Notes under the pieces: model-generated
What the model was told of the DNA's origin: nothing
What the model saw: only the letters and a program-made list of their open reading frames with translations
The model's database searches: none
DNA from: Psammoneis japonica
Lineage: Eukaryota
Direction of reading: 5' to 3'
Assembly (NCBI GenBank): GCA_008632985.1
Contig: QPGO01000195.1
Location: forward strand, 62,001-126,000
DNA: 64,000 nucleotides
Translations under genes and position numbers: made by a program
In this document: positions 24,800 through 35,903 of the stretch, piece by piece
Numbering within the stretch: position 1 is the stretch's first letter
Layout of the letters: every line of letters starts with the position of its first letter

Positions 24800-27000
24800 T
24801 GGCATGGAGCCACATTTCTGTGGAGCACCGCCCCCGTCAGGCTTGTTCTCATGTGGCAGTGTGCACCACAGCTTCTGTGGTGAGTGCAGCTTCTTCTGCT
24901 GTGAGTGTGCCACCCTGTGTGTCATCTTTGTCAACCAACTTCATGTTCTGCACTGACTGAAAATGAGCACAAAAGTCAAATTTCTGGCTGCCCAACACAT
25001 GGGTTTTGTGCTCTGTTGTGCAGCTCTCCTGCAGGCTGCACTCCACCACATGTTTCTTTTGATCATGGCTGCAGTCATGCTGTGTCACCTGGTCAAGTTC
25101 AGCCAAGAGTTTGGCTCCTCTGCTGAAGATTGCCTGGGCCATCTGTGCAGCTGTGCCTGCTTGATGATGTTGGACATGATGCTGTCAGCAAAAGCTTGGC
25201 AGGTGTTTCAGCAACCAGCAATCTCTTGAACCAACCTGCGACAGGGTTGGCCATTGCAGCTGATGCCCACAAATGTGGGGGCTTCTTTGCTTGTTGCTTG
25301 GCTGTGCATTCCTCTGTCACAGTGTTTCACACAGACAGTTTTCTCGTGGGCCAATTTTGGCCATGTTTTTTGGCACCTTCCAACATTTCTGACTTTGACA
25401 TTTGTCTTTTGACGTGCTTTCCACTGAAGCACATGAAGTGCACTGCAGCTCACGCAACATGCCAGCAGAAGCATTGGGTGACACAAATGTCTCAGCTTGT
25501 GTCTCTCTCTGGAATGGCACAGCTGAGGATGACATCAGCCCATCGCCTGCTTCTGCAGCAATGCTTGGACACATGATTTTGTCCTCACAGCAGATCAGCT
25601 GTCTTGTGGATGATGTTTCCCACCCCACGAAAAGAGTGCAAGAGATGCTGGTCTGACACACACAGGCTTTTTGCAACAGGCTCTCATCTTTGTGCTGCTC
25701 AACTTGCAGTTTCTTAAGGGGGGTCATTTGCTGCTTTTTTCAGCTTGAATTTGACTGAACAGCTCACAATTTGCATGATTTTCACAGTGCTTCACCGAGG
25801 TGAAAACATCAAGACATTGCAAGTCTGTGATGGAGGTGGTCCATCTGTCAACTCTCATTTGTTGTTTGTGTCCGTTGTGTGTCAAAGGCTGCATGTGCAT
25901 CTGATGTTTGAGGATGGGCCGCTGCATTTTTGAGCTGTGTCGACATTGCCATCATCTTGGTGCTTCGATCACGGTGCCTGGTGCTCTTGTTTTCATGTGC
26001 GATGGGGGGGGGTTGAATGCAAACTCAAACAATTTTTGCATTCAAAAACAAACACTGCAAATGTCCTCATTCAAATGCCATGGCAATTCTGGGACAAACG
26101 CAGGGGTGATCACAGCAACCAAGCTGCTGTGGTGGCCTTTGATGTGCCACAACTCAGGCCCGCACTCTTTGCACATCAAGTGTGGCTCCATGTCAGTGCC
26201 CATGAAGTTGTCCCTTTGTGCAGCAGGAGTGGCCATGTGCCGCTCTTCTTCAGGCACACAGGAGCACACCAGGTGGCTGTGCCAATGACAAAGACACCAA
26301 AGGTTTTTGGGAGACACTTTGTTGTGCAGGTGTTTGGGAGGTTTGGTGCCACCGTGAAGCCAAATCTCTTTGCATTTTTCTTTCCAGATTGCAGCACATT
26401 CTCTGCACAAATTTCCACAGCATGATTTCAACTCCTTTGCTTTCGACTTTCAGCACAAGTTTCAAGCACAATTCTGCATGCTCAGACACAGATCATTGTT
26501 CTGCCCCTCTTGCTCCCTTTCTCATTCCAAGTTTTGTCACAGCGAACTTCCAATTCATGAAGGATGTCTGCACTTGGCATCCCAGTGTGGGGCCTTGCAA
26601 TGCTCTCAACAGGACACCCCAACACTTGCTGTGGTTGAGGCCCCTTTGCATTTTGTCATTCTGGCTTCACACAACATGCCCCCTGTGCAACTCTGCACAT
26701 GATGGCACTTTCTTTTGACCATCTTTCATGTTGGAGCTCATTGGATGTTTCACCCCAGGAAGTTTTTTCTTTCTTTTGCATGCTTCATCTTCAGAGAGAG
26801 TCGCATGTTTGGTTTTTCTGCAGCACTTTTGTTGTGACTCCCATGTGGTGTGGGCTGGCTGGGCTGGCCCATTCTTTGAAGCACAGCAGCTCCATTTGCC
26901 ATGCGACAATCACACAGCACCATTTTGGCTCAAAGCTGTTGGGTGTGATGGGCACTGGTGTCTTGCAACAATGCATTGAAAGTCTTCAAATTGTCCCTGC
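24800..27000 (-). mobile_element. Ty3/gypsy pol remnant (RT - RNase H - integrase order)
   Basis: CVIV..GKWSC (~26900, cf. CTIVLPWGKY), ECGPELWHIKG (~26150, cf. EYGPELxYIKG), EQHKD (~25690), LWASAAMANPVAGWF (~25250, cf. ALTMIDPATGWFE); heavily degenerate. Confidence 0.5.
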
Positions 27001-27839
27001 CACCCTCTGGGTGCTGGCAGTGAGACAACAGCACAGGTGATTTCTTTTTCTTCTTTGCATGCCAAGTGTCAGCACATTGTGTGATTGGCACTTGGCATCA
27101 TGTGCTTTGCACGTGAGATTTTCTTTGACCAGTGCACACAGTTGCTTGTGATGCTGTGCAACAAGAACCCAGCTGAGCACTGCTGAGATTTTTGCTGCAA
27201 CAAAATGCTGGCAGTCTGCCAGCCTGCACATTGATGAGCACACTTCAAGCAGTTTGCTGCAATCTGGGCATGCACACACACAATGACTCTTTGGGCATCA
27301 CCTGCCTTGCAACATTCCTCAACATGACCCTCCAGCCCCAGTTGGAAGTCCTGCCTGCAAGTCTTGCAAGGGCCAAACATCTGAGTGGCACAACACATCT
27401 TGGCAGCAGCCAACCACCCTCACAAATGAGCACAGCTCTTTCTTTGTCTGTGGCTCAGCTGCTCACTTGACTGCCTTGACCTTCTTCATCAATCAAGTTG
27501 CCAAGAAGTGCCTTCCCCAGCAACTTCACATGCCAAAGGTTTTTGAGCAAGTTCAACAAAAGACAGGCTTTGTGGTGCTCACCTCAAGCCTGCCTGGTGT
27601 GTTGAAGCCTCTCAACTGCTTTGTCCCAGTTTCTCAAGAAGGTTGCCAAAAGCAAGCACTCTGCAATGACTGAAAGATCTCTGTGTGCACACACACAAAG
27701 GACAAACCCTGGAGTGGGCCAGACAATTTTTCCTGAATGTTGGGGGGGGGGGATGTTTCAGAAAAATGAGAAGCTGCAAAGCTTCCTGGGCATCAAGTCA
27801 AGGGGCACATGGTGATGACCCATGCTCAGATCCGGGGAT

Positions 27840-28236
27840 GACGTGCTCCAGCTCTGGGTGGGACCTTGCACTGCTGCACTGTGACATCAATGGTTTTTTG
27901 GATCATGTCGCATGTCGCGCATGCACATTTCTGTGTGTTGCATTCTACGAAATTGTTTCATGCTCCCTGTTTTGCGAAGCCAAAGGCTCTCCATTTTCAA
28001 CATTTGTGAGAGTGAAAATGTGCTGGGTGTGTTCTTCAATGTCTGAAGAATGCAACCGGGCAAACCATCAATGATGCACTTCAAGTGTGGAGGAGGAGAC
28101 ACATTCACAAAATTGCCTCTTTTTCTGTTGGCGGTCATTTGCACTTTCATTGCAGCACAAATTTGCTGCGGAGCTCGCACGCAGAATTCTGCGGGCCCAA
28201 TGTCACACGGAGTCCCACCCAGGACTGGAGCCCGTC
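27840..28236. mobile_element. MITE-like element with 25-bp terminal inverted repeats
   Basis: GACGTGCTCCAGCTCTGGGTGGGAC (27840-27864) vs reverse complement of 28212-28236 GACGGGCTCCAGTCCTGGGTGGGAC (22/25); related to 57810-58504. Confidence 0.7.
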
Positions 28237-29261
28237 GGATGCTGCCTGCTGGACTCAATGCATGCCCTGGACATGAGGAGCCAGGCACGCAGCATTTGCT
28301 TTGCCCATTTTCTCAGCTCACAAAAGCAAAAAAAGCCGTGCTGATGGGTCTTTCTTGGGTGTTGTGAGCAACGGAGCTGCTGACTTTAAAGCACTGGTGT
28401 TGCGTGGCATTTTTGTCTCTCTGTTTTCAACATTTGCTTGCAACACCTTAGAATCTTGTGGGGTCTGGTGCAGCACAGCTCAACATTGTCCTCCTTTGGC
28501 TGAGTGTGGTGGTGGGGGCACCTCTCCAGCCACTTGCCCAGCATGCAGTCAAGCAATGGCTTGTGCGCTTTTGAGGAGAGAGCAATTTTTGCTGCTGAAC
28601 TTTGTTCAAACTTCTGATGTTTTCAGCAACCTGTGGCAAATGTGAAGCCTGGTGCTGGGAACCCAGGGCAGCTGCAATTTGCTCACTGATCCTTTTTTGC
28701 CATTCTGGCTGGCTCTCTTGGGTGCAAAACGCCATTGTGCTTGCAGTGCCCATGCCTTGCATTGGCACCATTGGCAGTCAGCCATTTGATGATGGTTTGT
28801 TTGGAGAGCAAAGTGCTGGCTCCATGAGTTTCTGAAGTGCTGCACCTGGCAACCAGCACACCACACAATTGCAGAGCTTTCCATTGTGCAAATGGGCTGC
28901 AATTTCTAACTCAGCTGCTTTGAACATCCATGAAAGCCTGAGTTGAATCTGTTGGCACTTGCTGCTTGCTGAAAATGGGCCAGCCACTGTGTGCCCCAGC
29001 CAGTCTTGGCAGTGTTTCTTTTTGCCACAATTTTTGCAGCAGCCTCTGTCCACTGTCTCACAGCACCAGCTCTGCTGTCCAATGAAGCCTCCTCCACCAT
29101 TTTTGTTTTGCCTTTGTTGTGCATGGTTTTTAAAGCTGCAAACAGAGTTGGCATCTCTGTTTTTGTGATTTGTGAGTGGCCCACAGCTGGCTGCACACCA
29201 AGACATTTGTGCACGAGGGCCAGCCATCACAACTGCACTTCTTGTCCTTGTGCTCACAGGA

Positions 29262-30471
29262 GACCAAAAGTGCTTTGAGGAGTTTGTTGAGATCCTCAGT
29301 GATTTTCTTGTGTGCTTGGTTTTTTTCTTTTTGTCTGGAGGCAGTGCTTTCTGGGCCACTGCGCTGATGATGGTGCTCAACTTTTGACCACATCCCAGAG
29401 AAGAAAAACACTCCTCCTCTTCTCTGGCTCAACTGAGAGAGCACCCAGTCTTCATCTTGACCTTGAGCTTCAAACTGCTGCACTCTTAAGATTTTTTGAT
29501 TCCTTTTGAAACCTGCCGTCGGCATCTTCACCCTGTTGAAAAAATGGCGACAGACTCTGAAGCTGTGCAGTCAAGAGGTTCAAAGCTCCAGAGAGAACCA
29601 AACCTTTTGTGAAGTGCTGCACATTCAGAGCTCTGCAATTGAACAAAAATCTGCCATTTGTTGCCTGGCAACAACAGCTGCAGATTGTCACCTCTCTCAA
29701 CTTCCAGAGGAAAATTCTTTGAGCAGCTGTCCAGCTCAGCAGCCCTGGCAACATGCCCCCCCCCCCCCCCCTCCACCAAGTCTTTTTCATTTTTGCAGGT
29801 CTTCACATGAAGCAGATCAAGGGGCACTCATGCAGCAGTGCTGCCCTCTGGGGAAAGAGCCAGTGTGCATTGAGAAATTTGCATGTGAGAGCCATGCATG
29901 TGCCCCTTGTTTTTAGATTTGCTGAAGACCAAAAGTGCTTTGAGCAAACCCACTGAGATCCTTGGCAATTTTCTTGCACTTGGTTTTCTTCACATTGAGC
30001 ACTTTCTGGACCACTGCATCAATGATGGTGTTCAACTCTTGACTGCCCTTTTTTGCATTCAGCTGAGAGAGAGAGAGTGCCCGCCAGTCTTCATCTTCTT
30101 GACCAGCTGTGCCAAACTGTGGCTTGGCTTTTTTTGGAGCTTGCCTTTGGCTGGCATCTTCAACCTGCTCAGCTCATTTGCAAAAAAGCAACACACACTC
30201 TTCTGAAATTGTGCAACATAAAGTGGGCCAAAGCCCTGGAGAGCTGTGAGGTGTTGTCGTGCACTCAGAGCTCCACAGTGCCACTTGAACAAATCTGCCA
30301 GCTCGTTGTCTGGCAAAAGTGGTGGATCATCTCCTCCCTCAGCTGCTTTGAGCAGCTGTTCAAGCAAGCAGCCCTGGCAACACAGCCCCAAGTCTTTTTC
30401 ATTTCTGCAGGTCTTCACATGAAACGCCTCAGCCCCAAGCAGCACTTTTGCAGCAGTGCTGCCCTCCTGGG
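29262..30471. repeat. Diverged tandem duplication (~600-bp units)
   Basis: Units start GACCAAAAGTGCTTTGAG (29262, 29927) and share CAAGTCTTTTTCATTT.TGCAGGTCTTCACATGAA and GCAGCAGTGCTGCCCTC. Confidence 0.8.
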
Positions 30472-31764
30472 AAGTGCACCTTGGTCACTGACTCCATGCA
30501 CACTCTGCACAGTTGGCACTCTGTTGCCTCATTGTTTTTGAATTTCATGACAGCATCACACCATCCAACAGCATGTGCGTCATCAGCTGGCAATGTTCTG
30601 CTCTGACTGCAATGTTCTGACCATGGACAGTGTGCTCACAATTGCACAGAAAGTGAAGGCACTTTTTGTACATTCTGCGCACTCCATTGCTGAAGCACAG
30701 CAGCATGCTCAGCTTGCACACTGAACTGTTGTGATCCATTGACAACTTGCGCAGCTTGCTCATCTGGCCCTCACCCTTCTGCAGCTCCTTCAGAGGGGTG
30801 GTCCCTTGCAGGTTAAGAAGCACCAACTTCATTGCACAAGATTTGTCTGCACACTTGCTGGGGCAATGTTGCTGTGCCTCACACACCAAACTGGGAGGTG
30901 GGCATTGAGCAGCTGCAAAGATTGCTCTTGTTGACAATTGTGCGTGCTGTTTCTGCTTGACGCATGTTGCCATGGGGGTGCTTGGTCATGCAAGTTGTGC
31001 ACACACACACACACACACACATGTGCACACAGAGAATGTCTGCACCAACAAGCTAACAGCTTTGCTCCAAGTGCCCATCTTGGTTCTCAGTGAATGCTGG
31101 GCAACCTGCAGCATTGTGCATCAAGCCTTCATTCCCATGGGTTGCTTGCAGCTGATGCACAGTTGTGCAAACATGTCCGCTCAGCTGAGCAAGAGCAGTT
31201 TTTGTTGATGCCCCCCCCCCCCCCCCCACACACACACAATGTGCGCACAACTTGCACTCAAAAGGGGGAGTGTTTCTGAGGGCACTCACCACATGGGATT
31301 GGAAAGTGTGAACAAAAATTTGCCAGGCATGTTTTTGGCATCTGACTGATGAACAGTTGTGCACACCAAGGAGTCCATGGGACCACAAAATCACCCCTTT
31401 CTGTGTTGGTGACCGTCGATTTGTTCAGCGCCTGACAGGGAGCTTTTTGTGCTGCAGAGCTCATGCACAGAATTCTGCTGGCCCAGTGTTGTGCAGAGCC
31501 CAACCTGGGAGGCAGAGAACATTCCCAGTGGTGAAAAGAGCTGCCAACAAAAAGTGTCAAAGCCTCAGCCTGGTCCACACATTTGTGCACAACAGCAATT
31601 TTGCAGAGGTTGTGGACCCCAAAAAGGGCTTGCCAAAAATGTCACATGGCACAACAAGCAAAGTGCCATGCAGCATTTGCCAATCACCAAAAAAGAGGCT
31701 GACTTTGCCCAGATGCCACAGCCATGTCGCGTGCAGGGCCGCACAAAACACTCGTCAATCAAGA

Positions 31765-31904
31765 GCAAGGCACTCTGACAATGACCCAAATTTTGTTGCC
31801 CATCATCTTTGCCCTTTGGTGGAATGCATGCTGTGCAAGGCACTCTGACAACAATCTAAATTTAGCTCATCACATCTTTGCCCTTTGATGGAATGCATGC
31901 TGTG
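31765..31904. repeat. 70-bp tandem repeat x2
   Basis: GCAAGGCACTCTGACAA...CTTTGCCCTTTG.TGGAATGCATGCTGTG at 31765 and 31835. Confidence 0.85.
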
Positions 31905-32162
31905 ATCCAACAGTCACAACGCCTCATGACTGTGCTGCAATCAAAACCCATCAAATCGACCAAACAAAAACACCACATGTCGGCACAGATAGACCCCCGT
32001 CCGTCGGACTGAGAGCGGTTTGCTGGTTCCCTTGTTGATCATGCGCACTTATTGCGCGTCGGTGGAATGTCGATGGAAAGATCTCGAAAGCTTTCGCCAC
32101 CGCACCGCAAGCATTGGCTGCTTTTCCTCTTTATGTTGTCCGATTGAACAATAACTTGCACC

Positions 32163-33080
32163 ATGTCGAAAGCAAACACGGCACCCATCAAATGGGCTCA
32201 ACGTTCTGACTCGCTCTATATTACAATCGCTCTTCAAGGTAAGGATTCGTCGCGTAAGATTTGAGTTGAGGATCGAAAGATACCGCAAACATGCTGTATC
32301 GCACCTGCTGCCGACACGTCGCTGCGTAGAAATGTACTGAGTTTCTACGTGTCTCTTCATAATTTCCCTCCAACCTTACAAAATAATTTCAATTGCTCAA
32401 ATCGCAAAATCAAAACAGACGTCAAGGATGAAACCATCAATTTGACCGATAAAGAACTGCATTTCAAGGGAAAGAGTGGTGATAAGGATTACGAAGTGAA
32501 CATTGAGTTCTTCAAGGAGGTTGATGCAGAAGGTTCAACGTACAACGTCCTGCCACGAAGTGTTCAAATGCACGTGATGAAAAAGACTTCAGATGACAAA
32601 GACGATGACGATGATAAGGAAGAGTTCTGGCCTCGACTTTTAAAGGATAAGGTGTTGGAAAAGAATCAAGTCAAAATTGACTGGGATAGATATGTCGACG
32701 AGGACGAAGAGGACGAAGCAGGCGGTTTTGATACGTCGGCACTTGAAGGTGGTATGGGCATGGGTGGAATGCCAGGTATGGGAGGCATGGGAGGCATGGG
32801 TGGAATGGGTGGAATGGGAGGTCCTGGCGGTATGGGAGGCATGGACATGGAAGCACTTGTAAGTGATCTTTGCCTGTAAAGTTGGCGTGTCAACCATTCT
32901 TGTTGTTGAACGAATTGTTCGGCTCACATTTTTTCTTGCTGTTGATGAAACTTCTAGATGAAGCAGATGGGCGATATGGGTGCCGGTGCAGGAGGCGTAG
33001 GAGGAGATTTACCAGATGATGACGGCGATGATGATGATGACGACGACGACGACGAGCTTCCAGAAATGGAGGAATCCTAG
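32163..33080 (+). CDS. HSP90 co-chaperone p23/Sba1 (exons 32163-32238, 32419-32858, 32958-33080)
   Basis: PIKWAQRSDSLYITI, FWPRLLK, KIDWDRYVDEDEE, GGM-repeat and acidic tail. Confidence 0.92.
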
Positions 33081-33393
33081 TGAATAATCGTCATAACAAT
33101 GATAGAAAAAGACTTATAATCCAGCAATTATAAACCAGCATATGTCCTCTCGATTTGATTGTCAGAAAAAGAAATGCAGAACGATCGTTCGTGCGATCTC
33201 TAGAGAGGCAACGAAACATTGGCATGGCCATCCATAGTCAGTAGCGTCTGAGAGGATATCTCTACTAGCTTGCAATTGTTTTGCAGCAATTGTTACATTG
33301 ATGCAATTGTCTTGCAGCAATTGTTACATTGACATTTCCTATTCAAGTCATAATGCCGCACGGATATAAGCAACACCTATCGACGTTAGTTGC

Positions 33394-35040
33394 TTACAGC
33401 TTCAAAGTCACGGAAACGGGTCCTTCTCGTTGTGCCAATGTCGCTCGCTCAAAGGATACCGGCGACAAAGTATCGCACGTTAGGCTTGTATCGTGTTTGA
33501 GTAACAGCGCCAACATAACTTCCATAATTGTGACTGCGATACGTTCTCCAGGGCATTTATGAAGGCCATTCGAAAATGTGGTGAATTTGTATTCACTCAC
33601 AGAGCAGCAGGTCATGTTTACTTTCCTTCCGTCTTTGCTTGCAGCCGAAGAACCGGCGTCCTTACTCCATTCCGGTCGATCCAATCGAAACTCTGCCGCA
33701 TCCTTGCCCCACATATGTGGATTCGTATGAGATGTAATGTGAGAAATTGCCAACGTAGTGCCCTTTTCGATATGATAGGCGCTGTCAGAGGTTTCAAGTT
33801 GAAATGACTCTTGCGCAAAACGGATAGCACCAATCGTATGAGCCGTAACTCGTAGGGTTTCCAACACACACAAACGCAGTATACATGATGGTGATGACTC
33901 AACATAAGAGGCTTTGTTGGATAATGAAGCTAGGAACTTTGTCGCGTCCTTCTTTGCTTCATTGTATGTGTCTTTAGACGTCTTGGTAGCGAGGAAGCAG
34001 TATGCTTGAGCAGCACCAATGGCTGGATTCTTATGAGCAGCAAACAATAGTCCCAAGACTAATTGAGCAGCTTCTTGGAATGAAATTTTGTCGGTGATAG
34101 TTTTGTCTTCATTGTTCTCATTATTACGAAAGAATGCTTGTAACCATGGACCCAAAGCATCGCCGCCACTTTGACCATTCTCCTGGGATTGTTTTGTTAC
34201 AATGGATTCAATCACTTTCGCCAACTCGGCTGCTAACTGATTTCGCATGTCTGCCACAGGCTTTAAAACAAACGGTACAGCTATCCATGATGGTAAAACC
34301 GCAGCCTTGGCCGTTGCATCCTCGATTTGATCCTGAAAGAGCATAAGACTCGAGACCAGCTCTTGTCCATTATTCGGGCATGACTCGAGTAGACGAGGGG
34401 ATACCCAGCAATCTAATGATGCTCGTAAGATGCATCTCCTAACCAGCTGGAATAAATCGTCAATGTGAACCGCACTACCAGAGGAAGAATCTGATTGAGC
34501 TTGCAATTCACAAAGAAGCGCATCGTTGAGGCACTGATGGAGTCGGGGTAAGGACTCGGATTGCCACAAGGACGGATTCAACACGCAGTCCCGAATAATA
34601 CGCTTATGCCAATCTGTTCCCTTGTGAACATTATAAGCTCCCAATGTGTATTCAAACCCAATATTCGCGACAGCTTGTCTTGCAGATAAAACCGATTCAG
34701 GCAAACATGCAACTTGTTTCATGGCTATCGGATCAGACCCAATCACAGTCATTCGACGTCCGGCTAAATTGATTTCAAAGACAGCACCATACAATTCTTC
34801 TTGACGTGATAGAAATCCAGGTGGGTCCTCTTTGTACGATAAGGCATGGCCTAAGCCGAGCAAACCTGAACCGGCTGCAGTTGGAGGAGAGGGGATACCT
34901 GATGCTTTGTTGCTGCTCTTTCTACCCACTCTTTGATATGAATATGATACTATAATCACGGTAGAAATAGCGCAACATATCACTGCAACAACCCCGGGGA
35001 TAACAATGGTTTCGTCTAAGGACGCGAGGAAAAAGAGCAT
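33394..35040 (-). CDS. Cytochrome P450 (CYP51/CYP7-like clan), intronless
   Basis: N-terminal TM anchor, ETLR (ExxR), heme motif FSNGLHKCPGE, I-helix LLFAAHKNP. Confidence 0.9.
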   Translation of the reverse strand: MLFFLASLDETIVIPGVVAVICCAISTVIIVSYSYQRVGRKSSNKASGIPSPPTAAGSGLLGLGHALSYKEDPPGFLSRQEELYGAVFEINLAGRRMTVIGSDPIAMKQVACLPESVLSARQAVANIGFEYTLGAYNVHKGTDWHKRIIRDCVLNPSLWQSESLPRLHQCLNDALLCELQAQSDSSSGSAVHIDDLFQLVRRCILRASLDCWVSPRLLESCPNNGQELVSSLMLFQDQIEDATAKAAVLPSWIAVPFVLKPVADMRNQLAAELAKVIESIVTKQSQENGQSGGDALGPWLQAFFRNNENNEDKTITDKISFQEAAQLVLGLLFAAHKNPAIGAAQAYCFLATKTSKDTYNEAKKDATKFLASLSNKASYVESSPSCILRLCVLETLRVTAHTIGAIRFAQESFQLETSDSAYHIEKGTTLAISHITSHTNPHMWGKDAAEFRLDRPEWSKDAGSSAASKDGRKVNMTCCSVSEYKFTTFSNGLHKCPGERIAVTIMEVMLALLLKHDTSLTCDTLSPVSFERATLAQREGPVSVTLKL

Positions 35041-35285
35041 GGTGGAATAACGTTGTGTTGTGTTGTGGCAGTTTGAAGTTTTATTGGTTAGAGGGAAACT
35101 ACTGTGACGAATCCGCATGCAGAATAATGCATGAGGGAAATGCGCGCCACTTTTCAGTCGTCTGAGTCAAAGTGATCTCATCGCTGATTGGTGGATTTTG
35201 GGTTCGCGATCTTCCCGCCATTTTTCCATCATGCCATCACACAGAAGAAAAACTGTGTCACAGAAGATACAACCCAGTTATCACG

Positions 35286-35903
35286 ATGATTGCATTATTC
35301 TTCTTGCTCCTACTGCCAGCAGGCAACGCTTTTACACCATTGAATCGCAATATTCATGCCAGTTCTCTTGTAATTCCGCGACTCGCGAGCACGACGCCTG
35401 AGGATGCTGTGAAACAGGAATCATCGTACCACACCATGATCGAGGACCTGGCCACGCTTCTGGACGACACGTCCCAAAAGCTACAAGCAATCAAGGATAT
35501 TGCGGGTGAAATTGAAGCTCTTGAGATTCGCGACCCGAAAGCAATCACTGACGTGGGACCGAAAATTCCACAAGATCTTGCTCAAGCGCTAGCTGAAGCC
35601 AAGGCTGCAGATGATATCTTTGGGCCAAGATCGCCCGAGTCGTCCCAGGCGTGGAACGAAGCTGAAGAAATATCAATGGGAGACTTGAGCGAGAAGCAGG
35701 CTGCTCATCACCCTACCTATCGGTACCGTAACGCAGCCCACCAGAACGAACAGAATCACCATTGGTATGCTGCTATTGTTGACCCGCAATCCTTACATCA
35801 AGCCGTTGATGCAATTGGGAAAATTGAGCATCTGAGTCGTCTTGTCAGCATGGAACGTAGTCGTCTGATTGGGACAGAAGAGGAAGGAGGTTTGAGCCCC
35901 TAA
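35286..35903 (+). CDS. Plastid-targeted CP12-like protein
   Basis: Signal + GNAF|TP motif; ALAEAKAA...G..SPE...AWNEAEEI resembles the CP12 core AWD-VEE. Confidence 0.6.
   Translation: MIALFFLLLLPAGNAFTPLNRNIHASSLVIPRLASTTPEDAVKQESSYHTMIEDLATLLDDTSQKLQAIKDIAGEIEALEIRDPKAITDVGPKIPQDLAQALAEAKAADDIFGPRSPESSQAWNEAEEISMGDLSEKQAAHHPTYRYRNAAHQNEQNHHWYAAIVDPQSLHQAVDAIGKIEHLSRLVSMERSRLIGTEEEGGLSP

Larger units (their letters stand above)
23450..31950. mobile_element. Degenerate transposon/repeat block, TpA- and CpG-depleted
   Basis: About 15 TpA in 8.5 kb by manual scan; TG/CA-rich; internal duplications, MITE and gypsy remnants. Confidence 0.8.

Noticed and set aside
23480..31850. Dozens of short Cys/His-rich ORFs as real metal-binding proteins
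   Set aside because: They overlap in all frames and are explained by loss of TAA/TAG and TAY codons.
23450..31950. Classical RIP or CpG decay as the sole explanation
   Set aside because: RIP raises TpA, and CpG decay cannot remove TpA or turn Tyr into Cys/His; the LINE keeps CpG while losing TpA.
33271..33332. 31-bp direct repeat between p23 and the P450
   Set aside because: Simple local duplication with no further structure.
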